DNA of 64,000 nt from Candidatus Latescibacterota bacterium (GCA_965223905.1 CBDCXV010000010.1:1696001-1760000), one strand, 5' to 3'. Numbered from the stretch's first letter, positions 9,220-17,915 are shown. The notes: generated from the letters alone by a model not told the origin. Made by a program: numbers and translations.

Positions 9220-10399
9220 CCGGCCACCTCCGAAAGCTCCATGCGGCTTGTGTCTCTCCAGTCCGAAAACGCCCTGATCCGGGCGACCACTTCCGCTACG
9301 GTCTCGGCGGCAGCGGCCACCTCCTCCTCGCTGTTCAGCACCGACATGCTGAAGCGGACGCTTGCGTACGCCTCCTCTTCGGTCAGTGCCATGGCCCGCA
9401 GCACGTGCGACGGCTCGGGCCGGTGGTTGGTGCATGCCGAACTCTGCGAACACCGGATCCCGCGCTGGTCCAACCGGGCTACCATTGCCTGTCCGTCCAC
9501 GCCGTCAAAGAGCAGGTTCGTCGTGTTGCACACGCGGGTGGCGCGCCCCCCGTTCACCGACACGCCGGCGCACCGGTCCACGATCTCGCTTTCGAACAGA
9601 TCGCGCAGCCTGCCGAGCTTGGTGATCGTCTCGGGGAGAGAGCCTGCACGGATGCCGGCAGCACATCCCATGCCGGCGATGCCCGGGACGTTCTCGGTTC
9701 CGGCCCGCAGGCCCGACTCCTGATCGCCGCCGTCCAGGAGCCCCCTGACCTCGACGCTGCCGCGCAGGTACAGGGCTCCTGTACCGGGCGGAGCGTGGAA
9801 CTTGTGCCCTGCAATCGACGCGAAGTCTATCGGCAGTTCCCGCAGATTCACCGGCAGCTTACCGACTGCCTGGGCCGCGTCAGTGTGGAAGGGCATTCCG
9901 GCTTCCGAGCAGATCCGCCCTAATTCCTCAACCGGTTGGGCGACCCCGGTCTCGCTGTTCACCCACTGAATCGATACCAGGGCGGCTTCCCCGGCGACCG
10001 CTTCCCGCAGGTCCTCCGAATCCACGATCCCGCTTCTGCCGACAGGAAGCAGCACGACTTCCGTTCCTTCACCCTCGGTCCTTTCGAGGGCGGCGAGGAC
10101 TGAGGAGTGTTCGACTGCGGTCGAGACGATCCTTTTTCCCGGCCCGGAGAAGCTGCGGATGACGGTGTTGTTCGCCTCGGTGGCGCCGCTGGTGAAGATG
10201 ATGGAGTCGGGCTGGCATCCGAGAAGTGAGGCCAGCGACGACCTGGCGTTGCGCAGCTGCCCGCGCGCACGGTCGCCGGCGGCATGGCTGCTGGAGGGAT
10301 TGCCGAACGTCCCCCCCATCGCATTCAACACGGCGGCGCGAACCTCGGGCAGTGCCTGAGTCGTCGCGTTGTTGTCGAGATAGATCTCGGAAGGTCCAT
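9216..10399 (-). CDS. sspA: Cysteine desulfurase (SspA/IscS-like), possible 5' frameshift
   Basis: 'IYLDNNATT', 'GNPSS.H', 'FTSGATEANN', 'HTDAAQAVGK', 'AGHKFH', 'RAGTEN', 'SQSSAC'. The ATG at 10399 is 1 nt out of frame with IYLDNN, and the first in-frame start (GTG 10331) lies downstream of that motif. Confidence 0.85.
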
Positions 10400-10579
10400 G
10401 CTCAGGGCCTGAGAGGGTGCAGATGAGAGGTGGGTGTTGCGAATCGGAGGGCGAGGCAAGGCCCGTCTGGTCTCAGATGGGAACAAAAACGAGGCCAGGT
10501 TTCGGGGGGTGGCGAGCAGTCCAAGCCGGGGACCCTGGGAGATTTCAAGAGGTATTCAAGCCCTGAACTGTCCTAACCT

Positions 10580-10626
10580 ATCCCAAATGTTGGGGAGTGG
10601 TCAAGCGAATTCCCAAGATGTTGGGG
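10580..10626 (-). promoter_or_regulatory. Tandem NrdR-box-like operators flanking a putative -35 of the ssp operon
   Basis: Minus-strand 16-mers CCCCAACATCTTGGGA (10611-10626) and CCCCAACATTTGGGAT (10580-10595), starts 31 bp apart; TTGACC (10599-10604) between them and TAGGTT (10575-10580) 18 nt further on. Confidence 0.6.
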
Positions 10627-10802
10627 TTTCCTGGTGAAAGAGCACCGGGGGAGTAGCCGGTTCCGCTCGGTCGTGGATCTGTTCCCTTAAGGTCGCAGTA
10701 ACGGCGGCTATTGGATACGGTTAATATACTGAACAAAAGTGCACACTGGCAAGGTCGGGTGCAACAGATTCTGCCAGCACTTCGGGCCCTCTGGAACGGT
10801 CG

Positions 10803-12311
10803 TCAGTCAAGCATGGTGGCCGCCAAACGGCCCATTCGCATGCAAACACGCCGGTATAGAAGGCTGAAGCGATCGCGCCAGCCCGCTCTCTTCTCCTTGA
10901 GGAATGGATACGTCGGCCGCCCGCGCTCGCCGAGGCCGAACCGCCTGTGGGTGAACTCGCAACTATCCACACAACGATCCGGATGTTCGAGCCACTGCGT
11001 CTCGGCTTCCACGAACCTGTGTTCGAAGGACCACTGGCCCGCAGTCGCTCCGCAGTCGTGCCACCAATCCTGGCCGACCAAATAGCGGACGAGGATGCGC
11101 ATCTCCTCGGCAGCTACAACATTGCAGAATGCGATCGTGTTCTGGCCGGGCTCTGGGCCGTCGTTCACTTCATCGTTGATGTACCGTCCTCTGCGTCTTA
11201 TGCCTAACCGCTCGTCTCTCGCGTCACTACTGGTGTACTGACCTCGGCAGCGCAGGCAGCGCATGTCCGGCCCCACCAAGTGGACGTTCCACTTTGCGGA
11301 GAGCAACCGCTCCCTCGATTCCACGAGAACGCCACCATCGATCAACGGAAGGCAGTTCGAATACGCGATGTGGTTAAGAACCTCGCGCGCCTCCGGATTG
11401 TCGACGCAGCATAGGATGATGTCCGCGTCGGCCGTGTGTCGATATGCCCGTTCGGTGCGTATCGACAGTGGCACAGCCCGAATGACCGGCCTCCCGGCCG
11501 TGGCCACCTTTCGAAGGTGTGCCGCCGCTACCTCCGCCTTTGGCAGCCCTAGGCAGTGCCGGTCGGCGTAGATCAAGCGATCCAGGTTCCTTTCCTCGAC
11601 CCAGTCTGAATCAACGACGGTGATTTCCTCGAATCCTGTGCGCGTTAGACACTCCAGCACGATGGAGCCGACACTTCCCGCTCCCACAACGCAGATGTGC
11701 GTACGAGCCAGCCGTGCCTGCGCTTCCACTCCCCAGCAATCCAACGTCCGCACCAAGCTTTGTCGGCGGACATAGGGAGGGTAGGCGTCCGGTGGGGAAT
11801 CGGCACTCGTGGATCGGGCTCCGACGCGCCGCACGTCCGTGCAGTGAACGGGCTGGACGCCGCGCCCCGATTCCCGCCAGAACCGTGCGCTCCAGCAACC
11901 GTCTGAGCCCATTGTCATCCCCAACAGAGGCAGTCGAGTCTCGCGGACGAACGGGGCGATCACGTTGCGCTCTGTATCGTGGTCCAAATCGCTCATCCCC
12001 TGCCAGCCGGATCCGGGATGGCTGTGCAGCACGGCTACCCCCGCCTCCGCCTTAAGCGCGCGGTCGAGCACTCGGTTCAGGTAGCCGCTATGCACTGTCA
12101 CATTCCCGTGCAGATCTCGATCCCCATCTTCAGGAAGGACGACTTCCCCGAGGATTCCCGTATAGCGGTTGAAACCGTCCCCCCGGCGCCACAGGGCCAA
12201 ACAAGCCTCCTCCTGGCAATGGCCATGTCGGAATCCACTCAGCAGGTGGTCTGCGAGTTCAGGGTGAAGTGCTTCCCGTATCACGACCCGATGGATGGGG
12301 ATTATATACAT
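10803..12311 (-). CDS. JAB/MPN peptidase - ThiF/E1 adenylation fusion (bacterial ubiquitination-like)
   Basis: JAB: 'EEACLALW', 'HSHP...MSDLD'; E1: 'VVGAGSVGS', 'D.VEERNLDRL', 'CCVDN..AR', 'CLRC', C-terminal 'CVDSC'. Confidence 0.85.
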   Translation of the reverse strand: MYIIPIHRVVIREALHPELADHLLSGFRHGHCQEEACLALWRRGDGFNRYTGILGEVVLPEDGDRDLHGNVTVHSGYLNRVLDRALKAEAGVAVLHSHPGSGWQGMSDLDHDTERNVIAPFVRETRLPLLGMTMGSDGCWSARFWRESGRGVQPVHCTDVRRVGARSTSADSPPDAYPPYVRRQSLVRTLDCWGVEAQARLARTHICVVGAGSVGSIVLECLTRTGFEEITVVDSDWVEERNLDRLIYADRHCLGLPKAEVAAAHLRKVATAGRPVIRAVPLSIRTERAYRHTADADIILCCVDNPEAREVLNHIAYSNCLPLIDGGVLVESRERLLSAKWNVHLVGPDMRCLRCRGQYTSSDARDERLGIRRRGRYINDEVNDGPEPGQNTIAFCNVVAAEEMRILVRYLVGQDWWHDCGATAGQWSFEHRFVEAETQWLEHPDRCVDSCEFTHRRFGLGERGRPTYPFLKEKRAGWRDRFSLLYRRVCMRMGRLAATMLD

Positions 12312-12341
12312 AATTCAGCAAGTCTAATTTTAGTAATCTCA

Positions 12342-12376
12342 TCCGCGAAATTAAAGAAAATCTGGTATAATATAAT
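12342..12376 (+). repeat. 35-bp subterminal direct repeat, copy 1 (copy 2 at 16250-16284)
   Basis: TCCGCG-N9-AAAATCTGGTATAA(T/C)ATAAT; 28/35 identical; contains extended -10 TGGTATAAT. Confidence 0.7.
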
Positions 12377-12480
12377 AGAGAAAATACCAGAGAGAAGGAC
12401 ATCCCAGGTCCTCAAGTGTTTAGCCTCGAACACACGGCAGCATGCCATATTGGCACCGTGGGTCTGGGTCGATACGCGCA

Positions 12481-13368
12481 TCATTTTCCGGATCTGCATA
12501 TCGTGGAGGCATGAAGGTCCAAGGTTACCGTTTTGATGACGTTTTCATATACCCTAATCCCATCAGCAAAAACGAGCTCCCGAGAATCGGGAGACCATGC
12601 TATACTATTGCTCCCCAGTTCCCACTTGTGTATAAGCTTCTTGTTGGAGCCATCCAGGTCCATTGTCCATACGCTTTTCTCGTATCCTGCGATCTTATCG
12701 TCCGGGAAATCGCTGTAGTCGTCCCGATTAAATTCTTCCCCACGAACAATAACTGCCATCCTTTTCCCGTTAGGAGCTACGTCAGAATATGTGCCTTTGC
12801 TTATGAAGTGCGACGTATCTCCATCGGTTATCCAGACCTCCGAGCTTCTTGTCCAGTATATGATGCGTCCACCGGGAGCCCATGTAATCCCGAAAATTTG
12901 CCTGCTGTCTAATACATCATTAGGGATACGTTTGACAACGCCACCTTCCAGAGTTATTACAATAATTTCCTGGGCTCCTCCTCCTAAGAATAGAAAAGCC
13001 AATAGATCATCTCCAACAGGAGACCATTCCACAGATCTTAATGGTCCGTCACTCCCGCTATTAAAGATTGGCCATTCTGGCCTTTCGGAACCATCTAAGC
13101 TCCTCCAAGTAACTCCCCAATCATCAAAGCCCATTTCACTTGCGTTAAAAGCATAGGCCATCCTTGTTCCATCCGGAGATAGATCTCCCCGATAGACCAG
13201 GTTATAGTTGCCCAATTTTGTAAAGTGAGAATTGTCTGGATCAACTACACCAAATCCGTATTTTTTGTTTCCCCTTTCCACTTTCCAGGAGAAATCGAAA
13301 TAAACCTGTCCCCAGACGGAAGACGCTACTATCAGAATAATAACTGACACTCCGGCAAGTCTTTGCAT
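12481..13368 (-). CDS. Secreted TolB-like (PD40) beta-propeller protein
   Basis: Signal peptide; repeated 'SPDG', 'WSP', 'WAPGG', 'VWTMDLDGSN' blades; low GC. Confidence 0.75.
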   Translation of the reverse strand: MQRLAGVSVIILIVASSVWGQVYFDFSWKVERGNKKYGFGVVDPDNSHFTKLGNYNLVYRGDLSPDGTRMAYAFNASEMGFDDWGVTWRSLDGSERPEWPIFNSGSDGPLRSVEWSPVGDDLLAFLFLGGGAQEIIVITLEGGVVKRIPNDVLDSRQIFGITWAPGGRIIYWTRSSEVWITDGDTSHFISKGTYSDVAPNGKRMAVIVRGEEFNRDDYSDFPDDKIAGYEKSVWTMDLDGSNKKLIHKWELGSNSIAWSPDSRELVFADGIRVYENVIKTVTLDLHASTICRSGK

Positions 13369-13369
13369 T

Positions 13370-14380
13370 TCACTTACTCTTCACCTCTCCCCAGGTTGCA
13401 GGAGAAACCCTCGTAGTTTTGTCTCCCGAAGGCGACCAAGCTATTGAGTTTATGTACTCGGGAAAATCAATTATATCTCGTACGATGCCATCCAGAGAAA
13501 CAGCCTTAATCTCTCTAATTGTAATAAAAGCAACCTCCCTGGAATCAGGAGACCAAGAAATGCGGAACTCTTGTAAGGGTACGTATCCTCTGAATTGATG
13601 TACCAGTTTTCTGTTGCTGCCATCCATATCCATTACCCATATTTCCAAATCAGTTGGACTACTTCCTGTATATCCTGGAGCAATTAAAAAAGCTACTTTC
13701 GTTTCATCCGGAGATACGTCTGGGCTTCTTCCTTCTCCCAATGACTGTGAAAAATCACCGTCTGTAATCCACATTTCGCCTGACTCACTGTATATGAATT
13801 GTCCATCTGGAGCCCAATCGCAATACTTGTAAGTTCCATACTTTGCTTCAGTGGAAATTTCTTGTAGTATGATCCCTCGTCTTATGTCGCTAAATGGATC
13901 TACTACAATTAATTCAGGAGGTTCAGAAGGTTGAATATCGGCAAATAAGAGTATCTTTGTCCCGTCAGGTGACCATCTTGGAGAATAAATACGTGGAGTA
14001 TCTGACGATCCCTGATAGAAAACATATTTCCATGATTGATACGGGTCGTCATTGTCATGAATGTTCCCCCATTTTGGGAGGTAGTCCCAACGGTTTGACA
14101 TTGTGAGGCCATATGATGTTCCATAGCTTTTAACTGAACTGTAGACATCTATGATGTAATTACCGTCAGGAGATAGATCAAATGCCTCACCGGTCCAATA
14201 TCCTATAAGGGTAGAGGGATCAGTTCCCTTAGAATCTGTGTAGTAACTTGCTCCCTCTTCTGCAATAAAAGCTATCTCGTCTGCTCCGGATGCCACTATC
14301 CCGAGGCAGGAAAGAACAACTATTATGGTAATCATATGGCCGCTCCTTAGTGATGTAAGCAGACGTATTTCCGCGTTCAC
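13370..14380 (-). CDS. Secreted TolB-like beta-propeller protein with C-terminal 'SPATWGEVK' motif
   Basis: Signal-like N-terminus; 'WSPDG', 'SPDVSPDETKVAF', 'IWVMDMDGSN' repeats; ends TTRVSPATWGEVKSK. Confidence 0.78.
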   Translation of the reverse strand: MNAEIRLLTSLRSGHMITIIVVLSCLGIVASGADEIAFIAEEGASYYTDSKGTDPSTLIGYWTGEAFDLSPDGNYIIDVYSSVKSYGTSYGLTMSNRWDYLPKWGNIHDNDDPYQSWKYVFYQGSSDTPRIYSPRWSPDGTKILLFADIQPSEPPELIVVDPFSDIRRGIILQEISTEAKYGTYKYCDWAPDGQFIYSESGEMWITDGDFSQSLGEGRSPDVSPDETKVAFLIAPGYTGSSPTDLEIWVMDMDGSNRKLVHQFRGYVPLQEFRISWSPDSREVAFITIREIKAVSLDGIVRDIIDFPEYINSIAWSPSGDKTTRVSPATWGEVKSK

Positions 14381-14535
14381 TTCAATGATGACTTTATCTG
14401 TCCCCAGGTTGCAGGACGAACACTCGTTGCCCCACTGCCTGGAATCCAGTCAACGTCCCATACAACATCAGTCTCAAACAGAAACACAGAGTCCGTTCCG
14501 TCCGCATCTACCATGTAAAGACCGCGCCCAGTGAT
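14377..14535 (-). pseudogene. 3' remnant of a third TolB-like paralogue
   Basis: Reads ...LYMVDADGTDSVFLFETDVVWDVDWIPGSGATSVRPATWGQIKSSLK*, with an in-frame stop upstream; its stop overlaps the GTG of the next paralogue. Confidence 0.7.
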
Positions 14536-14809
14536 TCAGGACGATCTGAATTAACCTCAAGCGCGACTTCCAGACTGAATTGTCAACCAGGGTCCAGAAC
14601 AATTCCACCCGTTCGTAGGGAAATCCCAAAGCCTTCGGCCTTATCGAGGATGGAATCGTCATTGAACCTCAGATGCCTGACCCCTCCTGGATCTTGTTAG
14701 CTGTCCGGGTGGAAAAGTCGGAATCGGAAGGACCTGGGGGTTAGAAATGTGCGTGAGAGGCGTGTGGTGTTTCGCCCGCGAGGAAATCAAGCCTGTCAGG
14801 GAATTACCG

Positions 14810-15076
14810 TTAAGAACGGAGAGCTCTGCCATATGCATCTCCAAACTCTTCCAGAGACTCGCGAAGTTTGCTAATGTCCCGAATCACAGCCTGATGCTTG
14901 TTCCGGAAAAGAGAAATCTCGTCCGCGTCTGAAAGTGTGCGAAGTGAAGGAAAATCCGATAGCCTGGGCCTATGAGTAGTCTCAAAGACCGTCTTTTCCC
15001 TTGATAGCCAGTTTATTTGATCTTGAAGTTTTTGGTCGAATATCTCAATCGTGCGTTCAATCTCTTCATGATTCAT
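14810..15076 (-). CDS. Hypothetical protein (88 aa, helical)
   Basis: ATG with GGAGGA upstream; low-GC passenger region. Confidence 0.5.
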   Translation of the reverse strand: MNHEEIERTIEIFDQKLQDQINWLSREKTVFETTHRPRLSDFPSLRTLSDADEISLFRNKHQAVIRDISKLRESLEEFGDAYGRALRS

Positions 15077-15135
15077 AGTAAGAACGAATCCTCCGGTTCA
15101 AGCGCCTTTTAAATTTAAATTCTCTTCTTCCCTGA

Positions 15136-15930
15136 TCAGTCCTGCAAGCCGTCGTTTAGGTCAGGAGAATAGTTATCAGAAATCACTCGGAAAATGTAAT
15201 CCGCCAAGATAAGCATATTTAAGCTATGCTTATACGTAGAGTAGGGCACTAAACCATGCACCACAGCATGGCGATTCGGAACAGAATCCCTGATATATCC
15301 TTCCCTATTACTGTCAGTTACTCCTTCATAAATATGCTCCACAAGGCGTCCAAAAAGGATCAGTCCATGCGCTTTTTTTGGCAGAAAATCCTCTAACGAT
15401 CCACGATTGGCAAACGATTCAAGGAGCTTCTTCGAGCCAATACGACCTGCCTTGTCCTCAAAAACACACTCCCTGAGTATTCGTTCCATTTCAGGAAACA
15501 ACAATCGACAGACACATCGATGAAGACCTTCTCTATGAGCGATCAAGGCTTCCCGGAAGGTCTCTTTGCTCTCTTCTGAGATAGGACAGGTTACTAATCG
15601 TAGCTCCATCTCTTGCTGAATACGGTTCCAGTTCTTCCTATAGAACTCGGACAAACGACGATCCAATAGAGAGGTATCTCCGGCACAAGCTTCTACAAGC
15701 TGGATGGAAACAGAATCGTAAGGCAGCCAACCTGTTGCATCTACTGAATCCATGAAATCTGAGTACCTTTGAAAATGGCTTAAATGCCTAACGAAGAGGC
15801 AGTCTTTTCCCCCGTCTCTTTCATTCAGCAATCCGGCCATGCCTTCATTTCCCTCCTTTCCACCTATATGGCCCCCGGGATGATCGAGATCGAGTTGTGA
15901 GGCCAAGATGTTCATCACTTCTCCTCCCAC
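15136..15930 (-). CDS. Putative HEPN-domain protein
   Basis: 'FREALIAH..G', 'LFPEMERILR' and C-terminal 'PNRHAVVHG' (R-X4-H); true start uncertain. Confidence 0.55.
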   Translation of the reverse strand: MGGEVMNILASQLDLDHPGGHIGGKEGNEGMAGLLNERDGGKDCLFVRHLSHFQRYSDFMDSVDATGWLPYDSVSIQLVEACAGDTSLLDRRLSEFYRKNWNRIQQEMELRLVTCPISEESKETFREALIAHREGLHRCVCRLLFPEMERILRECVFEDKAGRIGSKKLLESFANRGSLEDFLPKKAHGLILFGRLVEHIYEGVTDSNREGYIRDSVPNRHAVVHGLVPYSTYKHSLNMLILADYIFRVISDNYSPDLNDGLQD

Positions 15931-16249
15931 CGGCGCGCCAGGAAGGCGATCCCGGAACCGGCTTCCCTTCTCTGTCTACTATCCGCTACTGTTTACCGAA
16001 ACTTGTACCACGCTAAATCCATTCTAACCCATTCTTTCCTGCAGGCAACGGCAAGGTAAGGGCAGACGGCTGTTACCGCTACCGGCTCGATGAACTCTGC
16101 CACGGGTTCCCCCCTCCAATCCCGATCCTACCGGACCCGAATACCCTTTCAATACCCCGCCCAGGCAAGCTGTCTCAGGGTCGTTTTCTCTACCCCTTCG
16201 TCGGTGAAGGAGGTCCTAACCGAAAAAACGTTCCTGATTGCCGGTCAGG

Positions 16250-16284
16250 TCCGCGTTTTTCGAAAAAATCTGGTATAACATAAT
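16250..16284 (+). repeat. 35-bp subterminal direct repeat, copy 2
   Basis: TCCGCGTTTTTCGAAAAAATCTGGTATAACATAAT, matches 12342-12376. Confidence 0.7.
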
Positions 16285-16308
16285 GGAAAGGTATCTAACC
16301 CCGATGGA

Positions 16309-16735
16309 TCAACGCGCCCTCCAGATCCTACGGAGATGTCGGTCCAGGTAGGTTCTCAGGCTCTTTCCGTCCGGCGTCTCGATCTGGTCCCAGAAGTCCC
16401 CCCGACGGGGCACTGATCGCCATCCAACTGAGCCCGTCTTCCCCTTCATAGTGGTTGACGACTCCCCTCGGCTGCGACCCCTTGACCTGCTCTGCCAGGA
16501 CATCATCCGGCGGCGACAAGTACAGCCAGTGTGGCGCAACTTCGGGCCATTCTCCTTCGTCTGGGTGCAGGGCGAGCCCCAACGTCACGGTCTCTCCAGC
16601 GCGACTGCCGTCCTCGATCTGATAGTCGAAGCGGACACCTTCTGCACCGCCTTGGTCCTTTGGCGCCGAGAACGACTCGTGCCGGTAGCCCAGCCCGGCA
16701 AGCTCCGCCGCCATTCGCTCCGAGTTCTGGCTCAT
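16309..16735 (-). pseudogene. Prokaryotic E2/UBC-like protein, +1 frameshift in a G6 tract (real or sequencing error)
   Basis: MSQNSERMAAELAGLGY...FDYQIEDG..AGETV..G...WPEVAPHWLYLSPP...WMAISAPS, then G6 at 16398-16403, then DFWD...SLRTYLDRHLRRIW; 141 aa if repaired, no Cys. Confidence 0.65.
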
Positions 16736-16817
16736 GCGAAAGGCGCACCTTTCTCGGGTGCCGCCCGGAAGATTTTGTAGTTTGTCAACTGTAGGTTGTG
16801 CGAAAGGAGAGAATGGC

Positions 16818-17915
16818 ATGTTTGGAATACGACTTCGGCTCGCTCGTAAGCGAGCAGGCCTTTCCTTGCGGTCACTTGCAGAACAGATGGAGCCGAGAGT
16901 CACCGCGCAGGCCATCAGCAAGTACGAGGCGGGCATGATGATGCCCTCTTCGTCGGTTCTGGTTGGCCTCGGCAAGGCGCTTGACGTCTCGCTGGACTTC
17001 CTCATGAGCGCCCAAGTCGAGGCGGTCGACGGCCTTGAGTTCCGCAAGCATTCCAGCACTTCGCCGAGCGACCGCGCGAAGGCCGAAGCCGTCCTGATCG
17101 ACAACCTTGAGCGGTATCTGACCATCGAAGAGGTTCTCGAAGTACCCCCGCCGGGCGACTCGTTCGAGGACCGCCGCTACGACAGCGTCGCTACCGAAGA
17201 AGAGATCGACACTAGGGCCGATGAGGTCCGCAACGCGTGGGACCTTGGCAACGATCCAGTGCCCAGCCTATGCGCCCTCCTTGAGGAAAAGGGAATAAAG
17301 GTGGTCGAAGGAGACCTCCCTGAGCGCATCAGCGGCTTGGCGTGCCGCGTCATGCGAGACGGCAGGGTGGTCGCCGATGCAGTAGCGGTATCGAAGCGGA
17401 CGAACGTGGAGCGCAAACGCCTCACCCTGGCCCACGAACTCGCACACAGAATCATCCGTTCCACCGGAAACCCCGCCATCAAGCTGGAGGCCGCAATGAA
17501 CCGCTTCGCAGGCGCCTTCCTCGTCCCACGCAAACATCTCCTCAAGGAAGCCGGAGCAAGCCGTCACCGCGTCACCTACTACGAGATCATCCGCCTCAAG
17601 CACACCTACGGCGTCTCAGCGGCCGCAATGTTGGTCCGCCTCGGTCAAGTCGGCATCCTGCGTCCTTCCGCCGTCGAGCGCGCCTTCAGATCCTTTGCCC
17701 GCTCTTGGCGCAAGACGGAACCAGAACCGATCGGCTCCGATCAAGGATTCGGGGCATTCGAGAAGCCCCAGCGCTTTGAGCGACTTGTCTGGCGCGCCAT
17801 CGGCGAAGAGCTGATCTCGCCGGTGCGTGCGGCCGCTCTTCTCAACGAGTCCCTCGACGCGGTCGAGCAGCAGATCAGCGGTCCGCTATCCAGTGACGTG
17901 TGTCATTGTCAATGA
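16818..17915 (+). CDS. XRE HTH - ImmA/IrrE metallopeptidase fusion
   Basis: 'RLRLARKRAGLSLRSLA...ISKYEAG' HTH; 'RLTLAHELAH', 'E..MNRFAGAFLVP'; SD GAAAGGAG. Confidence 0.9.
   Translation: MFGIRLRLARKRAGLSLRSLAEQMEPRVTAQAISKYEAGMMMPSSSVLVGLGKALDVSLDFLMSAQVEAVDGLEFRKHSSTSPSDRAKAEAVLIDNLERYLTIEEVLEVPPPGDSFEDRRYDSVATEEEIDTRADEVRNAWDLGNDPVPSLCALLEEKGIKVVEGDLPERISGLACRVMRDGRVVADAVAVSKRTNVERKRLTLAHELAHRIIRSTGNPAIKLEAAMNRFAGAFLVPRKHLLKEAGASRHRVTYYEIIRLKHTYGVSAAAMLVRLGQVGILRPSAVERAFRSFARSWRKTEPEPIGSDQGFGAFEKPQRFERLVWRAIGEELISPVRAAALLNESLDAVEQQISGPLSSDVCHCQ

Larger units (their letters stand above)
12297..16302. mobile_element. Transposase-less low-GC insertion cassette (IS1595/ISNwi1-like ends) with passenger genes
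   Basis: Flanked by direct repeat GATGGAT (12290-12296 and 16303-16309; CCCGATGGAT if the terminal Cs are counted); ends GGGGATTATATAC and reverse-complement GGGGTTAGATAC; sharp GC drop; removing it rejoins the E2 stop to the JAB-E1 start. Confidence 0.75.

Noticed and set aside
10803-12311. CBASS Cap2/Cap3 or housekeeping MoeB/ThiF
   Set aside because: No CD-NTase or thiamine/Moco genes nearby; domain order is JAB-E1 with a separate E2.
12297-16302. Tn3-family transposon (GGGG...CCCC ends)
   Set aside because: The inverted match is only about 12 bp, not 38 bp ending in TAAG; the duplication is 7 bp or more rather than 5; no TnpA/TnpR.
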